Source: Mobula hypostoma (Eukaryota). Taken from it: a DNA stretch of 64,000 nucleotides. Positions 25,770 to 37,919 of this stretch are shown piece after piece. The notes beneath the pieces were generated by a model. That model did no database searches, had not been told where the DNA came from, and saw only the letters and a program-made list of their open reading frames with translations. Every line of letters starts with the position of its first letter. Positions within the stretch are counted from its first letter, which is position 1. The position numbers and the translations under genes were made by a program. The stretch spans positions 128,402,001-128,466,000 of the forward strand of contig NC_086099.1 of NCBI RefSeq assembly GCF_963921235.1, written 5' to 3'.

Positions 25770-26760
25770 GGAATAAAGTATGGTCATGCACTTTTGTAGA
25801 AGGAATAAACACAGACTATTTTCTAAACGGGAAGAAGCTTCAGAAATTGGATGTGCAAAGGCACTAGGGAATCCCAGTGCAAGATTCCCTAAAGATTAAC
25901 TTGCAGGTTGAGTCGATAGTAAGGAAGGCAAATACAATGTTAGCATTCATTTCTAGATAACTAGAATACAAAAGCAAGGATGTAATGCTGAGGCTTTATG
26001 AGGAATTGGACAGACTGTATTTGGAGTATAGAAAGCAGTTTCAGGCCCCACACCCAAGAAGGGATATGCTGACATTAGAGAGTATCCAGAGAAGGTTATA
26101 ATCGCAAGAGATTCTGAAGATTGCGGAAATCCAGATTAACATTCAAAATTCTGGAGAAACTCAGGTCAGGCAGCACCTATGGAGAGGAATAAAAGAGCCC
26201 ATGTTTCAGGCCAAGACTCTTCATCTGGTGAGTATTGATGAAGGTTTTCGACCCAAAATATTAGCTCTTTATTCCTCTCCAGATGCTGCCTGACTGCTGA
26301 GCTCCTCTAGAATTTTGTACATGTTATTCCAGAGAAGTCTTACAAGGAGGATTAGGGAATGAAATGATTAATATAAGAGGAACATTTGATGGCACTGGGC
26401 CTATATTCATTGGAGTCTAGAAGAATGAGGGGAGAACTCATTGAAACCTACCACATAATGAAAGACCTAGAAAGTGTGGACATGGAATAGATGTTTTCAA
26501 TAGTGGGAGTCTAGGACCAGTGGACAGATCCTCAAAAGAAGTACATTCCTTTAGAATAGACATGAGGAGTAATTTCTTTAGACAGTGGGTGGTGAATCTG
26601 TGGAATTTATTGCCACAGTTGTAGAGGCCAAGGCCTTGGGTATATCAAAAGCAGAGGTTGACTAGTTCTTGATTAATAAAGGGTTGTCTAAAGTATCAGT
26701 GAGAAGGCAGGAGAATGGGGTTGAGGGGGATAATAAATCAACTATGATTTAATGGTGGAG
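25770..26760 (+). mobile_element. CR1 3' fragment containing an old inverted PLE pair (~26101-26326)
   Basis: CR1 C-terminal motifs on both sides; inner GGAGAAACTCAGGTCAGGCAGCA / TGCTGCCTGACTGCTGAGCTCC inverted; TCCAGAGAAG duplicated at the junctions. Confidence 0.8.
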
Positions 26761-26984
26761 AAAACTTGGAATGTTATGTCATTCATGGGGGGGGGTGCAG
26801 GGCAGGGGAAAGAAAAGGAAGTGGGCTGGAAAAAAATAAGAATGCAATGAATGTCCCCACACACCACAACTCAGCCATTAAAGAAATTCACTTGGCTTCA
26901 TCATGACAGGAATCAAATGCCAATTACTTGTTTTCTTTCCAATTACCAAGCTACACAGTCTAAATGCTTCTCAAACCTACAATC

Positions 26985-27390
26985 ACAAACAAGAGAAAGT
27001 CTACAAATGCTGGAAATCCAAGCAACACAAAAAATGCTGGAGGAACCCAGCAGGCCAGGCAGCATCTATGGAAAAAGAGTACAATCATTGTTTCAGGCTG
27101 AGACCCTTCATCAGAACTGGAGAAAAAAGATGAGAAGTCAGATTAAGAAGTGGGAGAGGAGAAGAAATATAGGACAGTAGGTGATAGTTGAAACCAGGAG
27201 CAGGTGAACTAAAAAGCTGGGAAGTCAACTGGTGGAAGAGGTAACGGCTAGAGAAGGGGGAATCTGACAGGAGAACACAGAATGCCATGGAAGGGAAGGG
27301 CGGAGGAGCACCAGATGGAGGTGATGGGCAGGTAAGGACATAGGGTGAGAGGGGGAAATGGGAATGCGGAATGGAGGGGGTGGGCATTAC
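26985..27390 (-). mobile_element. PLE pLTR with decayed hammerhead
   Basis: Minus strand CUGAUGA-AGGGUCUCAGCCU-GAAA-CAA (cleavage triplet mutated), with the family purine-rich tract. Confidence 0.85.
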
Positions 27391-28419
27391 AGGAAGTCAG
27401 AATGCTGGCTTACAACAAGAGAAACTAGCAGCATATGCACCTATTGAAACACAGTTTTGGAAAAACCACATTTTCTGTTTTTTTTGGGGGGGGAGACGCA
27501 TTGGCAAGAGTGTAACAGCTAATTGCTTTCCATTCTTTCATGGTGGATTTTGAAATAAGCCATTCTTGATTTCAATCTCAACGGAGATAAATTAGCACCA
27601 GATATTATTACAATTTCAACAACATTGTAGATTTTTAAAAACTTTAAATATATTTTCCAAGATATTCTCAGAACATGTAGAGATTCTAAAAATATGATTA
27701 AACAGCACCTTTACAGGACTTCATACAATTACTATGTGTTTAAAATATGTCTTTTTACTCCTGCCTTGGGTCGTTAAACTTGTCATAATAATGTGACTCT
27801 ACCATATTCCATCAGTTCAAGCCACGGCAGTGGAGCTTGAACTTAAATTTGAACAAATATAAATTCTAATCAATAATTCAAACATTTCAAGCAATGGTTT
27901 CCATTTCTTCAGTATAAAGGGCAGCCCAAACACCAAATTCTTTCAAAAACACAAACTTGAACTAAACACCAAAAAAATGAAATGAAAAAGTTGTTTTCAA
28001 TATGTCCGATTATGTCCCCTAAGAACACAAGCTTTAAATCTTGATTATTTCAAAACTGAAACAAGAGTTTTCCCAACAATAAACATGAAATTTCAAATGG
28101 GTAAAAGAGATGGAGAATAATTCAAGGCTAGTTAATCTGAAAGTCTTTCAACTTCAAACAACTCGTTAGGACATACAGGTTTAGGTGCACCCTTTATTAT
28201 TTCATGCAAATTTGTTTGCCTTAACACACGTTGAACAGCGCTATTATGGACACTTCTCAATATTTGCTACACACAGTGAAATCAGTTTCAAAAAAGCTTC
28301 AGAAAATCTTGACGATATGGTTATGTTAATAGTGGCAGACGTTCACAACATGAAAGTTTAAGTAAAGTCCGCAGTGTACGGGTGGATCCCCTGCAGTTAG
28401 TCTGCTGAGTGGTACTTAC

Positions 28420-29056
28420 CCTGCTGAATAGCCGGCGATTCCCCGTTATTTCCTGCAGTATTGTTGCCCCCGGCGGGAATGGGAATACTCAACTGCCGCT
28501 CGGGTTCCGGCAAGCAACGTTTGCAGAAGGAGTGAAGGCATGGGAGCAGCTTGGGTTCCTTTCCCTGCAGAGTATCTCGGCACACGGCGCACTCGTCCAA
28601 TAGGTTGAGGTTCACCTCCAAGGAGGCGGACGTCGCCGCCGCTACTGCTTTTTCTGGGCCCGCTCCCGGACTAGGTCCTGGCGCCGGACTCGGTCCGGAG
28701 CCCGGGCTCGGTCCTGGTCCAGGACTCGGACCCGGAGGGGGAGCGGATGTAGCAGAGATCGGTGCCTGGATCGGCACCGAGCTGAGGCACGCCCCCGGGC
28801 TGAGAACCGGACTGGCTCCAGGCCCCGGCACCTCGAAGACGGTGACCGGCGCGGCCGTTGGTGATGGTGTCGTCGTCGTCGGTGTCGTCACCGCTGCTGT
28901 CGGCGTTGATGTCGTTACTGTCACCACGGCCGCCAGAATCGCGCCCGCCTCCAACTCCGGCTTCTCCCGGCTCTCCCCGTCTTTGTCGGGCGGGCCGCTC
29001 TTTTCCTCACTGACGCCGTTTGCCTCGATATTAGTTCCACCTTTGTTTTCCGCCAT
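28420..29056 (-). CDS. TRIM33: E3 ubiquitin ligase TRIM33 (TIF1-gamma), coding exon 1 including the N-terminal part of the RING finger
   Basis: Starts [50 protein letters not shown] matches the TRIM33 RING. 637 nt, ending CAG CAG G|GTAAGT (phase-1 donor at 28419). Confidence 0.95.
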
Positions 29057-29420
29057 CTTTCCCCTTCCTCTCTCCCTCGGACAGCGCACGCTCACATTCA
29101 AAACCCTCTCGGGCTCTCCGAGACCCAGCGGCCGCGTGAAACGGCGGCGCCCATTGGCCAGGCGCCTCGCCGCCTCGGCGCCTCATCTAAACCTGTTGGC
29201 GATTGGCTGCCGAGAGGCAGGAGGAACAAGGTCATCAAAGCCACAGGAAGCCGAGGCCACTTTCTATTGGTTGGCTGACTCCATGGTTTAACGCTCCTAT
29301 GGGTTGCAAATGGCGGTCACGCGCGGGATTCGAATCACGTGGATGGATGTTGCGCTTACTTTCATTAAAAATATTGGCACTGGGCCTCTTCGTTTCACTG
29401 CGATTAATCTCATGAATGCA
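29057..29420 (-). promoter_or_regulatory. TRIM33 CpG-island promoter / 5' UTR
   Basis: CpG-dense from ~28430 to 29400 against CpG-poor flanks. CCAAT boxes on minus at 29153, 29202, 29266; YY1 motifs CGCCATCTT (29051) and AAATGGCGG (29308); GCGCGGGA-TTCGAAT-CACGTG at 29321-29341. Confidence 0.85.
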
Positions 29421-29857
29421 CAATATATCCACTAGTTCACACGTCTGCTGAAGGTAATCGGCAATCGTATAAGTAAAGCCCCGTACTTATGTTTTTTTCC
29501 CCTCCAAATCTAGTTATTGGCAGATGTTTTACAGTATCGGTGACGTAGGGAATGATGTGTCCAGCTTGTTGCCACACACAAAAAACAGCATCGTGATGAT
29601 ATTATTTTCATTGCACACGCATATTGTATGCAATGAAATATGTAATATGTGCCATTATACTCGACTTGGGTTTTGTTGACCAAATTATGTGATAAAATAT
29701 TGGCCAATGTGGAACAGTATGCAAAACAAGCTTTTCACCCTGTCTGAATACCTGTGACAATAGTAAGCCAATTTCAATTGCCCTCTCTGCGTGTGGATAG
29801 AAAACGTATATTTTTCAAGCCATAAATCACTTTGCATGCCAACAGTTCACCAATAGA

Positions 29858-30010
29858 TGGTAGCACAGTGGTGCAGCTGGTAAAGTTGCTGCCTCAGACA
29901 CGGATTCAATCATGGCCTCTAGTGCTGTATGTGTGGAACTTGCATTTCTTCTTCTGAACACATGGGTTTCCTCAGAGATTCCATTTTCCTTTCATTTCCC
30001 CAAAATGTTA
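29858..30010 (+). mobile_element. V-SINE fragment
   Basis: GGTAGCACAGTGGTGCAGCTGGTAAAGTTGCTGCCTCA tRNA-like head plus V-domain. Confidence 0.7.
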
Positions 30011-30484
30011 CTGTGACAATGACCAGGTTATTTTCTTTATGGGACAAATTTGAGCAAGGCAGGATACTATGGATAATTGATCTTCAAAATAGTGTAAGAA
30101 TTTTTCAGTTCATTTTAGAGGACAGAGAATAGCCACACTTTAGCAATTCAAAACTCCTTGTATGGTAAGGTGGAGAGCAAGCCTAGATTTTTGTGCTTAT
30201 GTTGATAATCAAAGTCTTCAACCAGTAATGTTGCCCATTTTTCTTTCAACAAACATTACTTGAACTGCTGAGTATTTTCAGCATTTCCTGTTTCATTTCA
30301 GATTTTCGACATATGAGATTGCTTTTCTTCTTTTAAAAAATGACTAACTGATTTACTTGGACAAAACTACTGCTGTTTGACCACAGGTTGCTGCAAAGAC
30401 ATTGAATTTTATTAAATTGGGTCACTGCATTTTCTAAGCCAAATTCAGGGGCACAGAGAAGATATTTTTTAATATATAATTTTT

Positions 30485-30840
30485 TAAATCTCATTGAAAC
30501 CTTTTGAATATTGAAAGGCCTTGATGGAGTGATATGGTGGGTGAGTCTAAGACCTGAGGACACAGCCTCACACTAAAAGGACAGAGATGAAGAGGAATTT
30601 CTTTAGCCAGAGAGTGGTGAACCTATGGAATTCATTGCCAAGGCAGCTGCGGAGGCCAAGTCATTGGGTATATTTAGGCAGCGGTTGGTAGATTTATTGA
30701 TTAGTCTATGCATGAAGAGATATGGGGAGAAGTCAGGAGATTGTAGCTGAGAGGGAATTGGATCAGCCCTGTTGAAATGTCAGAGCAAACTCAATGGGCC
30801 AAATGGCCTAATTCTGCTCCTATATCATATGGTCTTATTT
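30485..30840 (+). mobile_element. CR1 3' fragment
   Basis: RNFFSQRVVNLWNSLP coding remnant; tail GGGCCAAATGGCCTAATTCTGCTCCTATATC. Confidence 0.85.
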
Positions 30841-31196
30841 GCACATTGTGGAGACATAAAAAATGAAAATGCTTTAGAAGTGCGTGTAATTTTGCATCAG
30901 GTTTTGTGCTCCACACTTTGGGAAAATGTTAATATTTTAGCAAGGGATGTTAATATTCCAGGAATGTTAGTTATGTGGATGGGCTTAGGGGTCTGGGTAA
31001 TTCCCCTTGGAACAAAGGAGGTTGTTAGGGATCTGAGGTTGTTAGAGGTGTTTAAGATCTTGAAGGATGTAGACAGTTGATAAAAAGTCACACTTCCCAT
31101 TGGCAGAATAGTCAGGAATTGAGACTTGTGGATTTAACCTGATTAGAAAATGAACTAAAAATGGCATGAAGAAACCCCCTTTCATTCTTCTCTTTT

Positions 31197-31349
31197 NNNN
31201 NNNNNNNNNNNNNNNNNNNNNNNNNNNNNNNNNNNNNNNNNNNNNNNNNNNNNNNNNNNNNNNNNNNNNNNNNNNNNNNNNNNNNNNNNNNNNNNNNNNN
31301 NNNNNNNNNNNNNNNNNNNNNNNNNNNNNNNNNNNNNNNNNNNNNNNNN
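31197..31349. other. Assembly gap (153 N)
   Basis: Run of N. Confidence 1.
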
Positions 31350-31409
31350 CGTATACAAACACACACATATACAGGTACATACACTATGTAACTACATACA
31401 TACACACAC

Positions 31410-32068
31410 TATTAGATCAGATTAGATTATGAGGACAATCAGTCCTCGTTTATTGTCATTTAGAAATGCATGCATTAAGAAATGATACAATGTTCCTCCA
31501 GTATGATATCCCAGAAACACAGGACAGACCAAGAGTAAAACTGACAAAAACCACATAATTATAACATATAGTTACAACAGTGCAAAGCAATACCATAATT
31601 TGATAAAGAGCAGACCGTGGGCACAGTAAAAAAGAGTCTTAAAGTCCCGATAGCCCATCATCTCACGCAGACGGTAGAAGGAAGAAACTCTCCCTGCCAT
31701 GAACCTCCAGCACCGCAAACTTGCCGATGCAGCACCCTGGAAGCACCCGACCACAGCCGACTCTGAGTCCGTCTGAAAACTTTGAGCCTCCGACACCGAG
31801 CACTGAGCACCATCTCTGCCAAGCACTTCGACCCTGCCCCGGCCGCCAAGCAACAAGCAAAGCCGAGGACTCAGGGCCTTCCCCTCCGGAGATTCTGGAT
31901 CACACAGTAGCAGCGGCAGCAGAACGGGCATTTCAGAAGTTTCTCCAGATGTTCCTCTGTGCTCTCACGTCTGCCTCCATCAAATCAGGATTGTGCACGG
32001 CACCCTACTTAACAGATATTCATCACCGAGTGGCCGCTGCGCGCTGCGTCACGCCACCATCTTCTCCC
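31410..32068 (-). mobile_element. Non-autonomous LINE derivative (L2/Rex-type ends)
   Basis: Minus strand starts GGGAGAAGATGGTGGCG (CpG-rich head) and ends AATAAAC...(TAATC)n-like tail. Confidence 0.6.
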
Positions 32069-32867
32069 TATGTAAATACATGCACACATACATACACACA
32101 CTCACTCTGGATAACCACAGTCGGAATGTGGTAGAGCTACTTTTCTACAGAGATCATACAAATATTCTTATTCAATTCAAAAACCAATTTTTTTAAAGAA
32201 GGTGCATGGAAATGTTATGATTGTTTTGCTTTATAAAGGCCGATGAATTCTAGATTTCATTTCCTGCATTATTATTTACATATTCCGAGATGTCTATAAT
32301 TATCACAGATGCCAACAGAAAGGTTCTTCTGCCTTTTTAACACCTCTCCATTAAAAAGCAATAAACTCGTAAAACATAGAGTCCATAATGGAGTATCCTG
32401 AGGAATAGAAAAACAAAACTCAAGAAGTTTTGTCATTGCGTCTGGCGCAATTCAAAGAAATATTTTGAACCAGCCTAAGGTTAAAACAAGATTGAGAACT
32501 GTAGCTCAGAATAATGTCAAAGTTCTAAGTTCAATGTATATTTATTATCAAAGTATTTTATACAACAATGGGATTCATTCACGTTATAGCTTTAGTATTG
32601 CTACTGTCCAGGGTAAGTCACAAAGAAGGAACTGGGCATTGAGTAAGAGGCCTTGATGAGGTTGTGCGGTTGGCTAGTCAGAGACGTGTTGAATTTTGGA
32701 ATTTCATGATTGAATCGAGAGAGTGAGGAAATGTAACCCTCAGTTTTCATGGTTATACAGCACAGCAAGAAGCTCTTCAGCCCACTAAATACATGCTGAA
32801 CATCAAACACATATTAACGCTGATCCCATTTTATTCTCCCCATGTTCCCAGATAATACCACTTCACC

Positions 32868-33250
32868 GAGTGGTGGGGTCAAGGTACACCTCCACCAAAG
32901 GAACTGTAAGGAGCTTCCTCCCTCCACCAGCCTGCAGGTCACCCTTAGGCAAGGTGTAGCACCCACTTGATATCCCGATCAGAGTTGCATGAAGCCATGG
33001 GAGTAGGTGGTGGGTGGTCGTACGAGCAGCTGGTGCAGATCACAAGTCCTGGTTATGCGACCACTGACACCAGGCAGTTGATCTATGAAGAATATTCATA
33101 ATGACTCGGGTCGCCCGTCTTGTAAAGACACTGTCCAGAAGAAGGCAATGGCAAACCACTTTTGTTGAAATATTTGCCAGGAACCATCATGGTCATGGAA
33201 AAACCATGATTGCCCATGTCATACGACATGGTGCACAACGAACAAACGAT
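32868..33250 (+). mobile_element. RTE-related short non-autonomous element
   Basis: AGAAGGCAATGGCAAACCACT (BovB/RTE-type motif); second copy at 41830-42157. Confidence 0.7.
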
Positions 33251-33269
33251 CATTTCACCTAACGAGCAA

Positions 33270-33495
33270 CTTACTTTGGTCAGTTATCCTACCAACCTGC
33301 ATATCTGGGTTGTGGAAGGAAACAGAAGCAACAAGACCGCGGAAGAAGCCCACGTGGTCACAGGGAGAACACGCAAACTCCGCCCGCATGTACACAGCAC
33401 CAGAGCTCAGGCTTGAATCCTGCTTGCTCTACCTAAGGCAGACGAGCAACTATACTAGTTGCTGCCTTCAGAGTAGCTGCACTCATGCTACCTAA
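33270..33495 (-). mobile_element. V-SINE remnant
   Basis: CACGTGGTCACAGGGAGAACACGCAAACTCC is the reverse complement of the V-domain. Confidence 0.65.
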
Positions 33496-33754
33496 GTGCT
33501 CCGGAGTATATCCAACTTGTAAAAATATATGCTCTATAAACTCCTTACAAATCCTTTTGGATAGGTGGCTTTCCAGAACATCTTCAAAGCATTTCTGAAA
33601 TTAGCAATAAAAAGCCAAAGAACTGATGACGCTGGAAATTGAAAGCTAGCAATATTTGCCATCCTTCAAGCTGAATGTCTATGGTCAAAATTCAGTCAAC
33701 ACTGGCAAGGGATAACTTAGTAACAGGAGAAAACTGGGCATTCAGCTTCATTTA

Positions 33755-34178
33755 ACCATATAACAATTACAGCATGGAAACAGGCCATCTCGGCCCTTCT
33801 AGTCCGTGCCGAGCTCTTACTCTCACCTAGTCCCACCGACCTGCACTCAGCCCATAACACTCCATTCCTTTCCTGTCCATATATCTATCCAATTTAACTT
33901 TAAGTGACAACATTGAACCTACCTCAACCACTTCTGCTGGAAGCTCGTTCCACCCAGCTACCACTCTCCGAGTAAAGAAGTTCCCCCTCATGTTACCCCT
34001 AAACTTTTGCCTTTTAACTCTCCACTCATGTCCTCTTGTTTGAATCTCCCCCATTCTCAATGGAAAAAGCCTATCCGCGTCAACACTATCTATCCCCCTC
34101 ATAATTTTAAACACCTCTATCAAGTCCCCCCTCAACCTTCTACGCTCCAATGAATAAAGACCCAACTAGTTCCACCTT
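33755..34178 (-). mobile_element. CR1 3' fragment (fairly young)
   Basis: ORF 33827-34165 GLYSLERRRLRGDLIEVFKIM...NFFTRRVV; 3' tail at ~33755. Confidence 0.92.
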
Positions 34179-34997
34179 AGATCTCAGATGACATGTACCA
34201 ACATCTCTGATACCTTGTCATTAATATTGATAGGTGACAGAAATCTATCAATCAGATTGTTTGCCATTTCATGTGTCTTAATTATATTGTTTTTGGTTGA
34301 CAGAGTTCCAACATTCCAGATTGTTCCTATCTTTTGTAGCATGCCTATTGTAGGATCTATATCAGCTGTAAGTTAGTCTGAGTTTCTCTAATCTATTTCA
34401 GAGGACTATAAAGATTAGAAAATGCAAAACATTCTAGGGACTTATTCCATACTTGTTCCTTATTTTTTTAAGAATACTGGTGAAATAGTTCACAAATTCA
34501 TTGCCATTTACTTTATCTCATACTGGACATAAAGTTTGTGGCTTTGGAATACAAGTTTGATTTGAGCCCTCCAAACAAGCCAGGAGCATTTTAGCTTTTG
34601 TGTAATGTTATCCCCATATAGTGATCTTCACATTACTGTTTTGGGGGCTTTTTATTTTATTTATTTTTGAAACCTCATTATCCAGCACTTTCAGCTTGTC
34701 TTTTGTTGCCCTGAAGAAGAATTGGGTTGCTGCAGGTGCAGACACATCCCGCCCTGAGATGTCAGGCAAGGTCGTTTGATTACAAACAATTGGTTTATTA
34801 GTCATTACAGAACGTCTCTCTGGTACTTCCCACTCCCTCCCCCTTTTCCCAACCACGATTCCCCCCTCCCTGCCCTTTTCCCACTCTCAATCCACAACTG
34901 AGACCCCTATCAGAATCAGGTTTATCATCATTTACATATGTCATGAAATTTGTTTTTTTTTGTGACAGCAGTGCAGTTCAATACATAAAATTTCGTC

Positions 34998-35062
34998 AAT
35001 ACTGTGCAAATGTCTTATGCAGCTAGCTATATGTATGTGCCTAAGACTTTTGCACAGTACTG
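34998..35062. mobile_element. Tiny Tc1-type palindromic MITE
   Basis: CAATACTGTGCAAATGTCTTA / TAAGACTTTTGCACAGTACTG inverted, followed by TA. Confidence 0.65.
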
Positions 35063-35490
35063 TACTCATTTTGCATAGTGAAGTAGGCAGTTGAGGGACT
35101 TTGATGTAGTGACAATGAGAAGACTGCCTTTATACTCCCTGAGCAAGCCAAGAAGTTCATACTGCAAGTCTCCCCATCCCAACTCCCACCACAATTCGGA
35201 TAGCAACATATGTTGCAAATTTATGTATTTTCAACCAATTAAATTAAATTAAAAGTAAATTTAACTAAATTTTTAAAAAATCTGGGAGAACATCTTAATG
35301 AAGATATTCACCTGAATTGCACTATAAATGTCAGAACAGTGAACCTCAGAGGTCATGAATGAAAGCCACTCTTCTGTTCTGCAGTCCAGAGCTTTTACAT
35401 TGATTTAGATCCAGTTCCTGCTGAGCATTGTTGTATTCTGAGGGACTGACAGCTGAACGGGAAAGATAGGACATGAATACTGAAAGATAG

Positions 35491-36049
35491 TGTAACGTGC
35501 TGTAAGGTTTTACTGCTAATGTAATGGTTTTTTTTGTAGCAGCAATGTTTGGGTTATGGCTGGAGACAACAGGACAGTGGATACATGTTAGCCAATCAGG
35601 ATTTTGTTGCCCTGTCTTGTGATTCTGGAAGCAGTTGATTTTGCGGGCTTTTGCGAGAGGGAGAGAGAGAGATGAGGAGAGAAGATGCGAATGGAGAGAT
35701 TTAGTAGACCGCTGGACAGGGTGGACTCAGAGCGAGGGTCCGAAGGGCAGTGACGATCGAAGGAGGATCGGCGAAGGGGAAACCATGAGCTCCAACTTTG
35801 TGCACAGACTGTTCAATAAGATTTGGGCCCTTTTTTTTAATATTTTGTTTCTCTACCAACCGTATCGTCAAAGTAAGAGTTTTAAAGCTTAATCGTTTAA
35901 ACGCATATTGTGTACTGTTTGTTATTTCAGGGTACTGATTTGTAACAGGGGACACATCGTGCAGCATCTACCCAAATGAGATTTCTTAAGTTTGGCCAGC
36001 GGGGGTTATCACCTCCTTTATTAAGCCGCTAGGCAAAGCGAGTGTTACA
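35491..36049 (+). mobile_element. Solo LTR (Gypsy-type)
   Basis: TGTAAC...GTTACA termini; perfect 4-bp TSD ATAG. Confidence 0.9.
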
Positions 36050-36203
36050 ATAGTATTTGAGCACTTTTGAAAGAAAAGCTGACATGAAGTTCAGTGTAGA
36101 CCAGTTCATAATGGTTTATGTAACCATCTTCTCCCCACAAAGTCCCTCCCCCCTAACCTATCAATAAAATTTGCAAAAATATGGACTAGGTCTCACTCTA
36201 AAG

Positions 36204-36283
36204 CAGGGGTTCCCATCCTGGGTCCCCAGACCCCCTTGCTTAGTGGTGTTGGTACATGGCATAAAAAAGGCAGGGAACCTCTG
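36204..36283. mobile_element. 80-bp hAT/Charlie-type MITE
   Basis: CAGGGGTTCCC...GGGAACCTCTG; 8-bp TSD CTCTAAAG/CTCTGAAG; related copy at ~57317-57392. Confidence 0.85.
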
Positions 36284-36794
36284 CTCTGAAGAAATAAAAA
36301 GAATGCATGGAAAAAATGCTAATATTTTTGCATTTATATGCACATGCTACGGTCTCCTTTTGTTACCTGAAAACCTGAGCATGAGCGTTTGAGAAATCTG
36401 ACCATTGCAATGCTCACCACCAGGAGATGCCATTGCTTTGCAAGATTACAAATAATAAACCAGATATGGATTAGGAAGCCCATTCAGCCCCACTAATCAA
36501 TAATAAAAATAAATTGCATATACTACCCAAGACCACCATCCAACTGTATATTGAACAGACAGAATTTCTGCTTCTGCTACCCTCAGCACTATCATTTATC
36601 AACATCAGTAGAAAACATTCATTAGCCAATATTTCATGTTCCAGTTCAAATTTCTTCAATGATTTAACAAAATGTGAGAGTCAGGATTTAACTTCCTAAC
36701 AATATCGTGAGGCAAATCTTTAGGACACAGCAGTGACCCAGGGATCTCGTTTTGGTCCTCACCCCATGACTTTGCACTTTCTCCCCATGGACCA

Positions 36795-37157
36795 AACATG
36801 AAGAAATCTGCAGATGCTGGAATTTCAAGCAACACACATAAAAGTTGCTGGTGAACGCAGCAGGCCAGGCAGCATCTCTAGGAAGAGGTACAGTCGACGT
36901 TTTGGGCCGAGACCCTTCATCAGGACTAATTGAAAGAAGAGCTAGTAATCAACTGTCCAGCTCTTGGCTCCATCCCTCCCCCTCCTGTCTTCTCCTATCA
37001 TATCAGATCTCCCCCTCCCCCTCCCACTTTCAAATCTCTTACTGGCTCTTTTTTCACTTAGTCCTGACGAAGTGTCTCGGCCCGAAACGTCGACTGTACC
37101 TCTTCCTAGAGTTGCTGCCTGGCCTGGTGCGTTCACCAGCAACTTTTATGTGTGTTG
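36795..37157. mobile_element. PLE insertion of two inverted pLTR ends, inside a V-SINE (~36720-37370)
   Basis: ~130-bp inverted arms; 14-bp TSD CTCCCCATGGACCA at 36781-36794 and 37158-37171. Confidence 0.92.
37059..37096 (+). ncRNA. Minimal hammerhead ribozyme motif (core intact, one stem II mismatch)
   Basis: UAGUC-CUGACGA-A-GUGU-CUCG-GCCC-GAAA-CG-UC|GACUG. Confidence 0.75.
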
Positions 37158-37919
37158 CTCCCCATGGACCATGTGGGTTTCTGCCAGGTGCTCCAATTTC
37201 CTCTCACGTGTGCTGGTAGATTAATAGGGTTGCACAAGTTAACCCACTAAAGTAGATGCCAAATGAACCAAATGGCAGTTGTTGGGTATGTGAGAGCAAA
37301 CAGGTTGCAATGGATTGGGACTGAGCTGACATGGACTCAATGAGCTGGAAGAACTTCTCTGTTGTAATGAATAATATACCACTGCTTCTTCTGGGACCCA
37401 CCATTGGTGAGTCTGGAGTCAGATAAGCAATTAAGGACTAGAAATGTCCTTCCCTAAAGGCAGAAGTGAACAAATGTGTTGCTTTAAGAACAATGCAATG
37501 GGCGTAGAGGGCGTACTTTGTATCTGTCCTCAGAGTTCAGCCTATATGTGCCTAGTCCGTCCATTTGTGTGTGAGGGGCCTGAAAATCAGGACTAATTTT
37601 GAGACTTCCCACTGTTGACTGTTTATCAGACAGGATTTCAAAGTTCAAAGTAAATTTTATTATCAAAGTATAAATATTGTATGTTAGTGCATACAGTCCC
37701 ATGATTCATTTTCTTGCGGGCATACTCAGCAAACCTATGGAATAGTGACTACCACAGGATCAAGGAAAGATCAGCCTGAGTGCAGAAAACACTTACATAC
37801 AAATATATAAATCTGAAGCCACATAGCTCCTGAAGCCTATTCAAACATTCAATAAAATCTTGGCTGATCAGATTGTAACCTCAATTTATCAATCTGTAAC
37901 CTCAACAATTTGTTTAGAA

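Noticed and set aside
1-28419. TRIM33 exon 2 (expected VGVIRCPVC...DNYFVKD)
   Set aside because: Not found on the minus strand. The look-alike near 4295-4310 is a CR1 remnant, so exon 2 presumably lies left of the window.
28397-29101. ORF-track extension of TRIM33 (MNVSVRC... start and GKYHSAD* end)
   Set aside because: The conserved start is MAENK at 29056, and the tail is read-through past the GTAAGT donor.
28551-29291. 246-aa plus-strand ORF over TRIM33 exon 1
   Set aside because: Antisense shadow of GC-rich coding DNA; non-ATG start; no domain.
31042-31432. ORFs spanning the N run
   Set aside because: Artefacts of the assembly gap.
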